From Hydrurus foetidus (lineage: Eukaryota), in assembly GCA_900617105.1 (NCBI GenBank), contig UYFQ01000001.1, positions 806,001 through 870,000 on the forward strand: 64,000 bases of DNA. Direction: 5' to 3'. Below, one piece after another: positions 28,347 through 38,952 of this stretch. The notes below the pieces were generated by a model. That model searched no databases. It worked only from the letters and a program-made list of their open reading frames with translations, and was not told where the DNA came from. The translations under genes were made by a program, and so were the position numbers. Every line of letters starts with the position of its first letter. Position 1 is the first letter of the stretch.

Positions 28347-29135
28347 ATGTCAACACACGTACCCCACGCCGTACAGTCAGCCAGCAGCGGCGACTACATG
28401 CTGAAAGTCGAGGATCTGCACGCCTACTACGGCAAAAGCCATGTGCTGCACGGTGTCAGTTTCGAGATCAACAAAGGCGAAATCGTCGCACTCTTGGGGC
28501 GCAACGGCTCAGGGCGTTCGACCACGGCCAAATCCATCATGGGTTTGGTGGACTGCACCGGCTCTTTGAACTGGAAAGGCCGTGGCAGCAACAAGACTGC
28601 TGCAGCCCAAAGCACCCAAAGTACCGAGTTGGTCGGTAAAAAAGCCTACGAGATCGCCCACCTGGGCGTGGGCTACGTGCCTGAAAACCGCGACATTTTC
28701 CCCAAGCTCACCGTGCATCAAAACCTGTTGCTCGGGCAAAAAGGCAAGGGTGAGGGCAGCCGCTGGAACTTTGACGACATGTACCAGATGTTTCCCCGCC
28801 TTAAAGAGCGCCAGCACACCGAAGCGGGCGTGATGTCGGGTGGAGAGCAGCAAATGCTGACCCTGTGCCGCACACTGATGGGCGACCCTGACCTCATCAT
28901 CATCGACGAGCCTACCGAAGGCTTGGCGCCCAAAATTGTCGAGCTGGTGGGTGAATACCTGAAAAAGCTCAAAGACAAAGGCATCTCGGTGCTGCTGATA
29001 GAGCAGAAATTGACCATCGCCATGGCTATCTCGGACCGTGCGCTGGTGATGGGCCACGGCAGTATCGTGTTTCAAGGCACGCCAGCCAGCCTGCGGGAAG
29101 ACAGCCACACCCGCAAGGAGTGGCTGGAGGTTTGA
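28347..29135 (+). CDS. ABC ATP-binding protein (LivF-like)
   Basis: GRNGSGRST, MSGGEQQM and DEPTEGLAP motifs. Confidence 0.92.
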   Translation: MSTHVPHAVQSASSGDYMLKVEDLHAYYGKSHVLHGVSFEINKGEIVALLGRNGSGRSTTAKSIMGLVDCTGSLNWKGRGSNKTAAAQSTQSTELVGKKAYEIAHLGVGYVPENRDIFPKLTVHQNLLLGQKGKGEGSRWNFDDMYQMFPRLKERQHTEAGVMSGGEQQMLTLCRTLMGDPDLIIIDEPTEGLAPKIVELVGEYLKKLKDKGISVLLIEQKLTIAMAISDRALVMGHGSIVFQGTPASLREDSHTRKEWLEV

Positions 29136-29143
29136 GGGATGTC

Positions 29144-29177
29144 AAAAGCGGTCAGTGCGCAAGGCACTGACCGCTTT
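29144..29177. terminator. Bidirectional terminator between convergent operons
   Basis: Perfect 14-bp stem AAAGCGGTCAGTGC / GCACTGACCGCTTT. Confidence 0.75.
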
Positions 29178-29196
29178 ACCGCTCAGTGATTTCTAC

Positions 29197-30198
29197 TCAG
29201 CTCAGCTTGATGTTGAGCTTGGTAATCAGGTTCTTGAAGTACGCATGGTCACGCACCATTGCGGCTTTGAAGACCACATCATCGCCAAACGCAAAAGTCA
29301 TGTTTTGCTTGTCCATGATCTCGCGGAATGCTGGTTCTGCTGCCGTTTTAGCGGCCAAATTCTTCAATATAGCGATGATTTCTGGCGGTGTAGTCTTGGG
29401 GGCACCGATACCTCGCCACGCGCTGATGGCGACATCAATGTTGCGTTCTTTGAGCGTGGGTACGTTTTCAAAGCCTTTGAGGCGCTTGTCAGCCATCACC
29501 GCCAGGGTTTTGAGTTTGCCCGCATTCACCTGCGTGGTGACTTCGGCCGCACTGACGGACACCGCCTCGATATGCCCACCCATCAGCGACAAAATGGCCG
29601 GGCCAGCCCCTGGGTAAGGGATGTGATTGAACTTGACACCGGTTTTGTCTTCCACGGCAGCAGCCGCCAAGTGCCAGATCGAACCAGCGCCTGAATTGCC
29701 CACGCGGAACTCGCCAGGTGTTTTTTTGGCAGCAGCCAAGAATTCCTCCACCGTGTTCCAGGGGGCATCGGCCTTCACGGTGATGGCGGCGGGGTCAGCG
29801 TTCAGTATCGCGATGGGGGCGAAATCCTCGTAGCTGAACTTGATGACACCGACGTGGGGCAGCGTGGTCAGCTCCACTGTCAGCATGGCGATTTTGTAGC
29901 CATCGGGTTTGGCGTTCAGCACGTCGGTCAGACCAATGGCACCGCTGGCACCTGGCTTGTTGGTCACGGTGATGGACTGGCTGAAATGCTTGCGCGACGC
30001 TTCACTGAAGGCCCGCGCCAGCACGTCTGTGCCACCACCGGCTCCGTAGGCCACCACCAGTTCTACAGGGCGATTCGGGTAGTCGCCCGCTTGGGCGAAG
30101 GCGCGTTGGCCCGCGAGGGCGCTGGCCAAACCGCTGGCACCCAGCGCGAGGTAGCTGGCCGCGCTGCGGCGGGAAACAGTGTGAACGGGTGTTGTCAT
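29197..30198 (-). CDS. Tripartite tricarboxylate transporter (Bug/TctC) binding protein
   Basis: YPNRPVELVV.YGAGGGTD, NKPGASG.IG, PDGY and WRGIGAP motifs; RR signal. Confidence 0.9.
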   Translation of the reverse strand: MTTPVHTVSRRSAASYLALGASGLASALAGQRAFAQAGDYPNRPVELVVAYGAGGGTDVLARAFSEASRKHFSQSITVTNKPGASGAIGLTDVLNAKPDGYKIAMLTVELTTLPHVGVIKFSYEDFAPIAILNADPAAITVKADAPWNTVEEFLAAAKKTPGEFRVGNSGAGSIWHLAAAAVEDKTGVKFNHIPYPGAGPAILSLMGGHIEAVSVSAAEVTTQVNAGKLKTLAVMADKRLKGFENVPTLKERNIDVAISAWRGIGAPKTTPPEIIAILKNLAAKTAAEPAFREIMDKQNMTFAFGDDVVFKAAMVRDHAYFKNLITKLNIKLS

Positions 30199-30237
30199 CT
30201 TTGAATCTCCAAGGGGGTGAAAACTGTCGTACTTTGC

Positions 30238-31227
30238 TTACTTGATCGCCTGCATCCGGTCGTACAAATCCCGTGACCAAGGCGTATCGGCGGCCGTCAT
30301 GGGGGCTTTGACCGCTGTGGCGAAGGGCACACGATCTACCTTGTTGACGGTTTTTCCGCGCTTTTCAAACTCGGCAACCAAGCTGGTTTCAGCGTCCAAA
30401 ATATCCTTGCTGGCACGGCTGGAGGCTTCCCACAGCACCTCGTTCATCAGCTGCTTGTCGGCTTCAGGCAGGCCTTTCCAGGTGCTGCTGGAGACCACGG
30501 TGACGAGCGATTCGGTGATGTGGCCGGTCAACGTGATGTACTTTTGTACCTCATAGAACTTTTTGGCGTCGATGGTAGGCAGCGGGTTTTCCTGTGCGTC
30601 CACGGTGCCATTTTGAAGCGCCAAGTAAACCTCTGCAAAGGCGATGGGCGTGGGGTTCGCGCCTACCGCTTTGGGGAACATGGTGAACAGCGGGGCATCG
30701 GGCACGCGCAGCTTCAGGCCTTTCATGTCCTCGGGTTTGGTGATGACCTTGTTGCTGGTCATGTGGCGCAGGCCGTAGTAGGTGTAGCCCGCGATATGGT
30801 GCCCGCCCGTGGCTTTCTCGTAGCCCGCAGCCAGTTCTTTGAAGACCGGGCCGCTGCGGAAGTTGCTCCAGTGCGCGTAGTCACGGAACACAAACGGCGC
30901 GGCAGCGATGGAAATCGGTGGGTAGGCACGCCCGGCAAAGGCGGCCCCGGTGTAGATGATGTCCACGCTACCCAGCGTCAAGCCCTGATTGATATCGGTT
31001 TCTTTGCCCAGCGTTGAGGCCGGGAAGACTTGAATCTCGTATTTGCCATTGCTGCGCTTCTTCACTTCTTCAGCCGCCCACACCGCCTGCTTGTGGTAAG
31101 CCTCAGAGGTTTCGTACACATGCGCCCACTTGAGTTTGGTTTGTGCATGTGCTGTGCTTAAAAGGCCTGTAGAGCACGCCAAAACGGCGCAGGCCGCTAT
31201 GGTTTTTACAGTGAATATCGAGGTCAT
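30238..31227 (-). CDS. TRAP transporter solute-binding protein (DctP family)
   Basis: DMKGLKLRVP, EVYLALQNGTVDAQENP and KFYEVQKY motifs. Confidence 0.9.
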   Translation of the reverse strand: MTSIFTVKTIAACAVLACSTGLLSTAHAQTKLKWAHVYETSEAYHKQAVWAAEEVKKRSNGKYEIQVFPASTLGKETDINQGLTLGSVDIIYTGAAFAGRAYPPISIAAAPFVFRDYAHWSNFRSGPVFKELAAGYEKATGGHHIAGYTYYGLRHMTSNKVITKPEDMKGLKLRVPDAPLFTMFPKAVGANPTPIAFAEVYLALQNGTVDAQENPLPTIDAKKFYEVQKYITLTGHITESLVTVVSSSTWKGLPEADKQLMNEVLWEASSRASKDILDAETSLVAEFEKRGKTVNKVDRVPFATAVKAPMTAADTPWSRDLYDRMQAIK

Positions 31228-31288
31228 GGTTTGTCTCCTGAGGTTATAGAAATCATCACTTGGGTATTACTTACTCATTACTTACTTA

Positions 31289-32599
31289 TTACTTGGCCAT
31301 CACCAGTCCAGGCAGCCACAGCGAAAACGCCGGTACGTAGGTGACGAGCAGCAGCGCACCAATCAGCGCGCCATAGAACGGCCAAATGGTTTTCATCACA
31401 TGGCCGACCGACACGCCCGCTATCGTGCAACCCACAAACTGCGTGGTGCCCACGGGTGGGGTGTTCAAGCCCAGCGCACAGTTGATGATGAGCACCATGC
31501 CGAACTGCACCGAGCTCATGCCGTACTGCTGGCAGATGGGCAAAAAGATCGGCGTACACAGCAAAATCGTCGCGGCCATGTCCAAAAACGTGCCCAACAC
31601 AAACAAAATCACGTTAACCAGCAAAAAAATCAGCCACGGCTTGTCGGTGAAGGCCGACAGCGCTTTGCCCGTCAGATCTGCCACACCATACAGGCTGATG
31701 AGATAGCCAAAGGTGCTGGAAATCCCGATAAGCAGCAGGATGACCCCGGTGGTTTTGACGGCTTTGGACGCGGCTTTGATGAACTTGTCCCACGTCAGTG
31801 AGCGGTACAAAAAGACCGTCAGCGCCAGCGAATACAGCACGGCCACAGCGGCAGATTCGGTGGCGGTGAATACACCGCTCAAAATACCCACCAAAATCAA
31901 CACCACCACCATCAGGCCCGGCAGCGCTGCGGCAAAGCAGCGGCCCACAATAGCCCACCCTGGGAACGTGCCTGCGGGATAGCCACGGTGCACTGCGACA
32001 GCGTAGGCTGCTATCAAGTTTGACAGGGTCAAAATCAGCGCAGGCATCAGCCCGGCCAGCATCAGCGCTGCAATCGACACCTTACCGCCTGCGGCCAGCG
32101 TGTAGATGATGAGGTTGTGGCTGGTCGGCATCAGCGCACCCACCAAGGCCGCGTGGGTGGTGACGTTGACGGCGTAGTCCGCGTCGTAGCCTTCTTTTTT
32201 CATCATCGGGATCATCACCGCGCCCATGGCCGACACGTCTGCCACCGGCGAGCCAGAGACACCGCCAAACAGCGTGCAGGCCACCACGTTGGACATGCCC
32301 AGGCCGCCCCGCACATGGCCGACCAGGCTCTTGGCGAAATCGACAATGCGGTCAGCGATGCCGCCATAGAGCATCAATTCACCCGCAAAGATGAAAAACG
32401 GTATCGCCAGGAACGAAAACGCATTCATCCCCGAGGTCATTTGCTGGAAGCCCACCGCCAGCGGCAGGCCTTCATACAGCAGGGTGGCGAGCGCAGACAG
32501 GCCAATGGAAAACGCCACCGGCACGCCGAGGATTAAAAAGCCGAAAAAGCTCAGCGACAAAATAAGGAGAGGAATCGTCATGTCAGTCATCAACCCCAA
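31289..32599 (-). CDS. TRAP transporter large permease (DctM)
   Basis: LAIPFFIFAGELM..GG, GGVSGSPVAD and GLNTPPVG motifs; the start may be a few codons downstream. Confidence 0.92.
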   Translation of the reverse strand: MGLMTDMTIPLLILSLSFFGFLILGVPVAFSIGLSALATLLYEGLPLAVGFQQMTSGMNAFSFLAIPFFIFAGELMLYGGIADRIVDFAKSLVGHVRGGLGMSNVVACTLFGGVSGSPVADVSAMGAVMIPMMKKEGYDADYAVNVTTHAALVGALMPTSHNLIIYTLAAGGKVSIAALMLAGLMPALILTLSNLIAAYAVAVHRGYPAGTFPGWAIVGRCFAAALPGLMVVVLILVGILSGVFTATESAAVAVLYSLALTVFLYRSLTWDKFIKAASKAVKTTGVILLLIGISSTFGYLISLYGVADLTGKALSAFTDKPWLIFLLVNVILFVLGTFLDMAATILLCTPIFLPICQQYGMSSVQFGMVLIINCALGLNTPPVGTTQFVGCTIAGVSVGHVMKTIWPFYGALIGALLLVTYVPAFSLWLPGLVMAK

Positions 32600-33078
32600 G
32601 AGGGTTCCACTTCGCGGCCTTGGGCCAGGGCAATCAGGTGTTCAATGGAGAACATCACAATGAGCACGCCAGCACAGGCGGCGGGCACGTATTTCCAGCC
32701 TTCGGAAATCCACAGCGTGGGCAGCCGGTAGCTCCAGACGGATTCGGCCAAAAAGGCGCAGTTGTAGGCCATCGCCACGCCAAAGAGCAGCACCAGAAAG
32801 TGGATCAGGTATTCCATCTTCAGGCGCAGTGCCTCTGGGGCGAGCACCAGGAGCGATTCGAGCCCGATATGGCCCGCATCTCGCACGCCAACAGCTGTGC
32901 CAAACATGGTGACGTAAAGCACCAGCAACAGGGCCAGACTTTCAGCCCAGGTGGGGGTGTTGTTCAACACGTAACGGCCAAACACCTGCCAGCTGACCGC
33001 GCAAATCAGCGCGACCAGCCCCAGAATGCCCAGCCACATGCAGCTGCGGGCTAGCGTGCGGCAAAGTCGGGTGTACAT
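32590..33078 (-). CDS. TRAP transporter small permease (DctQ)
   Basis: QVFGRYVLN.TPTWAE and GHIG motifs; 4 TM segments. Confidence 0.9.
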   Translation of the reverse strand: MYTRLCRTLARSCMWLGILGLVALICAVSWQVFGRYVLNNTPTWAESLALLLVLYVTMFGTAVGVRDAGHIGLESLLVLAPEALRLKMEYLIHFLVLLFGVAMAYNCAFLAESVWSYRLPTLWISEGWKYVPAACAGVLIVMFSIEHLIALAQGREVEPSWG

Positions 33079-33104
33079 AAAGCGGATTTCTTTTGACGGT
33101 TGAT

Positions 33105-34070
33105 TTACTTGGTGTCTTGGATGCGTTTGACCAAATCTTTGAGTTTGGCATCGGTGATGAACTTGTCGTACACCGGCTTCATGGCGTTCTGGAACGACAC
33201 TTTGTCCACGGTGATGATTTCAGCGCCGCCTGCTTTCACGGTGGCCAGCGATTTCTCTTCCCGCTCGTCCCACAGTTTGCGCATGAAGGGCACGGATTCT
33301 TTGGCAGCTTGGCGGATGGCTTTTTGCTCTTCTTCGCTCAGCTTGTCCCAAGTACGCTTGGAGAACAGCAGCATCTCGGGTGCCATCGAATGCTCGGTGA
33401 TGGAGTAGTACTTGGCGACTTCAAAGTGGCGTGAACTTTCATACGAGGGGTAGTTGTTCTCTGCGCCGTCCACCAAGCCGGTCTTGAGCGCGGTGTAGAC
33501 CTCGCCAAACGGCATGGGTGTAGCGTTGGCACCCATTGCTTCCAACAGCGACACCCACAAGTCAGACTGCTGCACACGAATCTTCATGCCCTTGGCATCG
33601 GCCAAGGTGCGCACCGGCTTTTTGGCGGTGTAGAGGTTACGTGCACCGCTGTCGTAATAGACCAAACCGATGAAGCCCTGGGGGGCGCACGATGCCAGGA
33701 TCTGCTCGCCAATGGCACCGTCCAGCACATGGCGCATGTGTTCTTTGGAGCGGAACAGGAAGGGCATGGTGGGCACTTGCGTTTCGGCGCAAATATTGTT
33801 CATGGGCGCAATGTTGACGCGGGCCATGGCCAGTGCGCCGATTTTGGTTTGCTCAATAGTGTCTTTCTCGTTCCCCAGCGCACTGTTGTTGAAGACCTTG
33901 ATGCTGTGTTTGCCGTTGGTAAGCGCCTTGAGGCGTTCGCCCATGAACTTGACGGCTTCCACGGTGGGGTAGCCATCAGGGTGGATGTCAGCTGAGCGGA
34001 ATTCGGTGGCTTGTGCGCTTAGGGTGATGCAAGCGATGGCGACAGCGAGCAGGGTGGTTTTGAGTTTCAT
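33105..34070 (-). CDS. TRAP solute-binding protein, probably for uronates
   Basis: KGMKIRVQ and [18 protein letters not shown] motifs; cotranscribed with udh and the lactonase. Confidence 0.88.
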   Translation of the reverse strand: MKLKTTLLAVAIACITLSAQATEFRSADIHPDGYPTVEAVKFMGERLKALTNGKHSIKVFNNSALGNEKDTIEQTKIGALAMARVNIAPMNNICAETQVPTMPFLFRSKEHMRHVLDGAIGEQILASCAPQGFIGLVYYDSGARNLYTAKKPVRTLADAKGMKIRVQQSDLWVSLLEAMGANATPMPFGEVYTALKTGLVDGAENNYPSYESSRHFEVAKYYSITEHSMAPEMLLFSKRTWDKLSEEEQKAIRQAAKESVPFMRKLWDEREEKSLATVKAGGAEIITVDKVSFQNAMKPVYDKFITDAKLKDLVKRIQDTK

Positions 34071-34112
34071 GGGTGTTGTCTCTTGAAAAGTAAAGTTATC
34101 GAAAATAAAAAA

Positions 34113-35009
34113 TCAAAGCGAAAAAGAGGTTTCAGGCAGGCCTCGTGTGCCGGGGGTGAGCGCAAAAACGCCCCCTGCCAACGGTTGGTCTGACAGGTCA
34201 ATGCCTGTGGGACGAATCGACGTGACGTAGAGCGTGTCGAGCAACGGCCCACCAAAGGCGCACATGGCGGGCTTTTTGACAGGCACGACCAAGCTCTTGT
34301 CCAGCCGACCCTCGGGCGTGAAACGGTGGATGAGGCCTGCATCGTTGCCGCAAATCCAGTAGCAGCCGTCTTGGTCTATGGCCGCACCATCGGGGCGGCC
34401 GGGCAGGGCGGTCATGTCCACGAACAGGCGGCGGTTGCTGGGTGTGCCGGTGTCCGTGTCGTAGTCAAAAGCCCAGATGGCCTGCACCGTGGGGTGCGAG
34501 TCGCTCAGGTACATCGTGCGGCCATCGGGGCTGAAGGCCAAGCCGTTGGGGACGATCAAGTTGTCCAGCTGTTGGTGCAGTCCGGTGCTATCTTTACTGT
34601 AGCTGTACAAGCATGCTGCTGATGAAGCTAAGGCCATATTCATCACCATCGTACCGGCCCAGAAGCGCCCCTGGCGGTCACACCGGCCATCGTTAAAGCG
34701 CATACCAGGGGCAGCATGGGTCACACCAGTCAGCAAGGTGGTTCGCATCTGACCATCGTCTTGGGGGTGCAGGTGGAACAGACCGGTTTCCATGCCTGCA
34801 ATCCATCCACCTGCTGCGTGAGGGGCCATGCAGGCGAGCATTTCAGGTGCTTGCCACACCGCCTGAGCGTTGTCGGCGGCGCACCAGCGGTGCAGTTTGC
34901 CGGCCGGGATGTCTACCCAGTAAAGGGCTTGCTCTTGGCTACTCCAAACTGGGCTTTCACCAGTGGAACATGCAGAGTCAGCTATCAATATTGACGTATC
35001 TTGCGTCAT
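34113..35009 (-). CDS. SMP-30/gluconolactonase family lactonase (likely aldarolactonase)
   Basis: GESPVW..LYWVDI, RFNDG.CD.QGRFWAG, PNGLAFSPDG and GRPDGAA.D motifs. Start taken at MTQDTS, 1 nt after the udh stop. Confidence 0.88.
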   Translation of the reverse strand: MTQDTSILIADSACSTGESPVWSSQEQALYWVDIPAGKLHRWCAADNAQAVWQAPEMLACMAPHAAGGWIAGMETGLFHLHPQDDGQMRTTLLTGVTHAAPGMRFNDGRCDRQGRFWAGTMVMNMALASSAACLYSYSKDSTGLHQQLDNLIVPNGLAFSPDGRTMYLSDSHPTVQAIWAFDYDTDTGTPSNRRLFVDMTALPGRPDGAAIDQDGCYWICGNDAGLIHRFTPEGRLDKSLVVPVKKPAMCAFGGPLLDTLYVTSIRPTGIDLSDQPLAGGVFALTPGTRGLPETSFSL

Positions 35010-35010
35010 A

Positions 35011-35874
35011 TCAATCACCAAACGGGCCTTGTGCCGTGAAGCCGCCGCCCTGGTAAATCGCATTCGGGTCGTTCGCGGCCACGGGCGGCTGCGCTTCGAC
35101 CTGGGCACGGAAAGGCTCTGAGCTGTCTTGCGGTGCAAAGCCCAAATGCGCGGCAGCGCTGTTGTCCCACCACACGCCTTGGTTGTCCGACATGCCGTAG
35201 ACGATGGTGTGCTTCACGTCGGGCGTGAACAGGCATTTTTCGATCAACGTGGTCAGGTCGCGGTAGCTCAGCCACGAGTGCATCATGCGGCGGTTCAAGG
35301 GCTCGGGGAACGAGGAGCCAATGCGGATGCTCACCGTCTCGATGCCGTAGCGGTCAAAGTAAAAGCTGGCCATGTCTTCGCCAAACGATTTGGAAAGGCC
35401 GTAGTAGCCATCAGGCCGCTTGGGGGCCGAGGTGTCGATGTGTTCGGTTTGCTTGTAGAACCCTATCACATGGTTAGAGCTGGCAAACACCACACGCTTG
35501 ATGCCGTGGCGGCGGGCGGCCTCAAAGATGTGGAACACGCCTTTGATATTGCCTTCCAGTACTTCCTCAAAAGAGCGCTCTACCGAGACACCACCCAGGT
35601 GAACGATAGCGTCGCAGCCTTCGACCAGGGCATGCACAGCAGCCTTGTCGGCCAGATCGCAGACCACGGTTTCTTCATGGGCGGCGGCGGGGGCCATCGT
35701 GGCGATATCCGACAGACGCAGGGTAGTGGTGAGTGGCTTGAGGCTTTCGCGCAGCACGCGACCCAGACCGCCAGCGGCACCCGTGAGCAGTAATTTTTTC
35801 AAAGGTTGTCCTGCAGCACTTGGCGCGTTGTAAGTGTTGGATAGCACGTTAGGGATCGTCTTGTCTTCGTTCAT
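35011..35874 (-). CDS. udh: Uronate dehydrogenase
   Basis: LLLTGAAGGLG, VHLGGVSVE, FASSNHVIGFY, RPDGYYGLSK, RIGSSFPEP and YQGGGF motifs. Confidence 0.88.
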   Translation of the reverse strand: MNEDKTIPNVLSNTYNAPSAAGQPLKKLLLTGAAGGLGRVLRESLKPLTTTLRLSDIATMAPAAAHEETVVCDLADKAAVHALVEGCDAIVHLGGVSVERSFEEVLEGNIKGVFHIFEAARRHGIKRVVFASSNHVIGFYKQTEHIDTSAPKRPDGYYGLSKSFGEDMASFYFDRYGIETVSIRIGSSFPEPLNRRMMHSWLSYRDLTTLIEKCLFTPDVKHTIVYGMSDNQGVWWDNSAAAHLGFAPQDSSEPFRAQVEAQPPVAANDPNAIYQGGGFTAQGPFGD

Positions 35875-35923
35875 GGCACGTTTTCAGGGAAGCTTGCAGT
35901 GAGATTTTAGGTGTACGTTATCA

Positions 35924-35937
35924 GTTGTCGTATGACA
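35924..35937. promoter_or_regulatory. Putative FadR-family operator
   Basis: Near-palindrome TGTCGTATGACA between divergent udh and the regulator; related sequence at 36858-36887. Confidence 0.55.
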
Positions 35938-35959
35938 TGAACGGAATTATGATGGGTGT

Positions 35960-36787
35960 ATGAATAATTTGTCAACGGCATTGACCCTGGATATTCCCGA
36001 GGGTGTACGTGGCACAGGTGGCGGCATGTCACCTGCGCGTCCTGCGGTAGCGGGTGCCGGTGTGCGCCGACGATCGCGCAGCCTCTCGCACGAGCTGGTA
36101 GAAGGGTTTTCTAACAAAATTCAGGCGCAGCACCTGAAGCCCGGCGACAAGCTGCCCACCGAATCCGCCATCATGCAAGAGTACGGTGTGAGCCGCACGG
36201 TGGTGCGCGAAGCCATCTCGCGTCTGCAAGCGGCGGGGCTGGTGGATACGCACCACGGCATCGGCACCTTTGTGTTGGAGGTGCGCGCCGAGACCAGCTT
36301 TCGCATCAATCCCGCAGACGTGGCCACCACCATGGATGTGCTGGCTGTGTTGGAGTTGCGTATCAGTCTGGAAACCGAATCTGCCGGGCTGGCTGCCCAG
36401 CGCCGCACCCCTGAGCAGTTGGTGGCGATGCGGGCAGCGCTGGATTTGTTTGAGGCGAATGTTGACCAGTGTGGCGATACCGTCACGCCGGATATTCAGT
36501 TTCATTTAGAGATTGCCAGGGCCACCGGTAACCGCTATTTTGTGGATGTGATGAGTCACCTGGGGGCTACGCTGTTGCCGCGCACCCGCATCAACGCCTC
36601 GCGCTTACCAGTGAGTGAGCAGAGTCAGTATTTGCGCCGTGTGAATCAAGAGCACGAGCATATTTACGATGCCATTGCACGCTCAGACACCGAGGGTGCC
36701 CGTGCGGCGATGCGCATGCATTTGGGCAATGGCCGTGAGCGTCAGCGCCGTGCGCTAGAGGCGACGCACGGCTTGGCTGCGGGCTGA
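35960..36787 (+). CDS. GntR/FadR family transcriptional regulator
   Basis: PGDKLPTE....YGVSRTVVREAISRLQAAGLV..HGIGTFV winged HTH plus FCD domain (FHLEIARATGN, EH..IYDAI). Confidence 0.92.
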   Translation: MNNLSTALTLDIPEGVRGTGGGMSPARPAVAGAGVRRRSRSLSHELVEGFSNKIQAQHLKPGDKLPTESAIMQEYGVSRTVVREAISRLQAAGLVDTHHGIGTFVLEVRAETSFRINPADVATTMDVLAVLELRISLETESAGLAAQRRTPEQLVAMRAALDLFEANVDQCGDTVTPDIQFHLEIARATGNRYFVDVMSHLGATLLPRTRINASRLPVSEQSQYLRRVNQEHEHIYDAIARSDTEGARAAMRMHLGNGRERQRRALEATHGLAAG

Positions 36788-36857
36788 GCGGCCGTCAAAT
36801 CACCACCATATCACCGCTCAAGCGGGAATTGCTCAAAAAAAACTTGATCGCCTTTGA

Positions 36858-36887
36858 GTTTAGTTGTACGATGACATACAACTAAAC
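36858..36887. promoter_or_regulatory. Putative FadR-family operator, 11-bp inverted repeat
   Basis: GTTTAGTTGTA-cgatgaca-TACAACTAAAC just upstream of the Bug-kdgD operon. Confidence 0.6.
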
Positions 36888-36898
36888 AAAAGGTTGAA

Positions 36899-37936
36899 AT
36901 GTTATCCCTTTACCCATCGTCATCCGAATCGGAAGCCTCATCCGAAGCTTCACCACGCCGGCAGTTTTTGGCCACAGCCGCTGCCGCGCTGTGTACCTCC
37001 GCAGGGCTGCTGACTGCGCCCACACCGGCAATGGCAGCTGACGCTTGGCCCAGCAAGGCTTTTCGTATCGTGGTGCCGTACCCACCGGGTGGCTCGTCGG
37101 ACATCATTGCCCGCTCTATCAGCCAAGCGCTGTCAGAGGCGTTGAAGCAGACCGTGATTGTCGAAAACCGCGCCGGTGCCAACGGCAACGTGGGCGCTGA
37201 GCTGGTCGCCAAATCGGCACCCGATGGCTACACGATGCTGCTGTGCGATACCGGCGCACTGGCCATCAGCCCTTCGGTCTACACCAAGTTGGCGTTTGAT
37301 CCGTCCAAAGATTTGCGCGGCGTCACCATGCTGGCCTATTCGCCGCATTTGCTGGTCGTTCACCCTTCGGTGCCCGCCAATAACCTGAAAGAGCTGGTGG
37401 CGCTGTCTCAAAAGAGCGACCTGAATTTCGCCGTTACCGCCACCGGCAGTGCCGCGCATTTGGCGGGAGCCGCTGTCGAGATGGCGAGCGGTGCGCGTTG
37501 GCAGTATGTGCCTTACAAGGGCGGCGTGCAGGCCGTGCTGGACACCGTGTCCGGTCAAACCCAGGTGTTGATGAATGGCATGTTGGCTACCTTGCCCCAT
37601 GTGCAAAGCGGCAAGCTCAAGATACTGGGCGTTTCCAAGGCCACGCGGATGCCGCTGATCGGCATCGTACCCACGCTGGCCGAGCAAGGGCTGGTGGGCT
37701 TTGAGTCGGGCACGTGGCAGGGGGTGCTGCTGCCCAAAGGCACGCCAGATGCCATCGTCAACCGGCTCAACACCGAGTTGATCCGCATCATCCGCTCGCC
37801 CGATATCCGCTCGCGTTTGGCCGGGCAGGGCGCTGAAGTTGTCACCATGACACCGCCTGAGCAAGACCAGTTCTTCAACCGCGAACGCATCCGCTGGGCG
37901 CAAGTGGTGAGCAAGGCCAATATCAAGCTGGACTGA
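36899..37936 (+). CDS. Tripartite tricarboxylate transporter (Bug/TctC) binding protein
   Basis: RRQFL Tat-like signal; [21 protein letters not shown] and PDGYT motifs. Exact start uncertain. Confidence 0.88.
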   Translation: MLSLYPSSSESEASSEASPRRQFLATAAAALCTSAGLLTAPTPAMAADAWPSKAFRIVVPYPPGGSSDIIARSISQALSEALKQTVIVENRAGANGNVGAELVAKSAPDGYTMLLCDTGALAISPSVYTKLAFDPSKDLRGVTMLAYSPHLLVVHPSVPANNLKELVALSQKSDLNFAVTATGSAAHLAGAAVEMASGARWQYVPYKGGVQAVLDTVSGQTQVLMNGMLATLPHVQSGKLKILGVSKATRMPLIGIVPTLAEQGLVGFESGTWQGVLLPKGTPDAIVNRLNTELIRIIRSPDIRSRLAGQGAEVVTMTPPEQDQFFNRERIRWAQVVSKANIKLD

Positions 37937-38003
37937 GCACTTTTTCATTGTTTATGCCTCGACCCCTTCAACCCAATCACCAAGCCTTCAAGCTTCTTTC
38001 ACC

Positions 38004-38915
38004 ATGAACCCCCAAGACCTCAAAACCATCATGGGCTCCGGCCTGCTGTCTTTCCCCATCACCGATTTCGATGCCAATGGTGATTTCCGCCCGAAGACGT
38101 ACATCGAGCGTCTGGAATGGCTGGCCCCTTACGGTGCATCGGCTTTGTTTGCTGCCGGTGGCACGGGTGAATACTTCTCGTTGGTCGGTGCTGAATACAG
38201 CCAAGTCGTCAAGACCGCTGTGGACACTTGCCGTGGCGTGGTGCCCATCATTGCTGGTGCCGGTGGCCCCACTCGCATGGCGATTGCCCATGCGCAAGAA
38301 GCCGAACGCCTGGGAGCCCACGGCATTTTGCTCCTGCCGCACTACCTGACCGAAGCCGGGCAGGAAGGCTTGATCGAGCATGTGGCGCAGGTCTGCAACA
38401 GCGTGAAGTTCGGTGTCATTGTCTACAACCGTGACCGCACCAAGCTCGCCCCCAATTCGCTGGCCATCTTGGCCGAGCGCTGCCCCAACCTGATTGGCTT
38501 CAAGGATGGCGTGGGCAACATTGAAACCATGTCCTCCATCTTCATGAAGATGGGCGACCGCTTTGCTTACCTGGGGGGGCTGCCCACAGCCGAGGTCTAC
38601 GCAGCGGCTTACAAGGCGCTGGGCACGCCGGTCTATTCGTCAGCGGTGTTCAATTTCATACCCAAAACTGCGATGGACTTTTACCATGCTGTCGCCGCCG
38701 ATGACATGGCCACCCAGCACAAGCTGCTGAAGGAATTTTTCATGCCCTATTTGGCCATCCGCAACCGCGTGGAAGGCTATGGCGTGAGCATCATCAAGGC
38801 CGGTGCCACCATCGTCGGCCACGACGGCGGCCCCGTGCGTGCGCCGCTGAGCGATTTGAAGCCTGCGGAGAAAGAAGAACTCGCCGTGCTGATTTCAAAG
38901 CTTGGCCCTCAGTGA
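38004..38915 (+). CDS. kdgD: 5-dehydro-4-deoxyglucarate dehydratase
   Basis: [45 protein letters not shown] and YSSAVFNF motifs. Confidence 0.93.
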   Translation: MNPQDLKTIMGSGLLSFPITDFDANGDFRPKTYIERLEWLAPYGASALFAAGGTGEYFSLVGAEYSQVVKTAVDTCRGVVPIIAGAGGPTRMAIAHAQEAERLGAHGILLLPHYLTEAGQEGLIEHVAQVCNSVKFGVIVYNRDRTKLAPNSLAILAERCPNLIGFKDGVGNIETMSSIFMKMGDRFAYLGGLPTAEVYAAAYKALGTPVYSSAVFNFIPKTAMDFYHAVAADDMATQHKLLKEFFMPYLAIRNRVEGYGVSIIKAGATIVGHDGGPVRAPLSDLKPAEKEELAVLISKLGPQ

Positions 38916-38952
38916 TTCAGCTCAATCAGGCCATTCAAATCCTTCAAAAGTC

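Noticed and set aside
31266..31294. Short tandem repeat ATTACTTACTC ATTACTTACTT ATTACTT
   Set aside because: Only about 2.5 units at the dctM stop, with no spacers; probably slippage and no function can be supported.
35010..35138. N-terminal extension of the lactonase ORF
   Set aside because: It overlaps the udh 3' end; the ATG at 35009 fits the family and the operon spacing.
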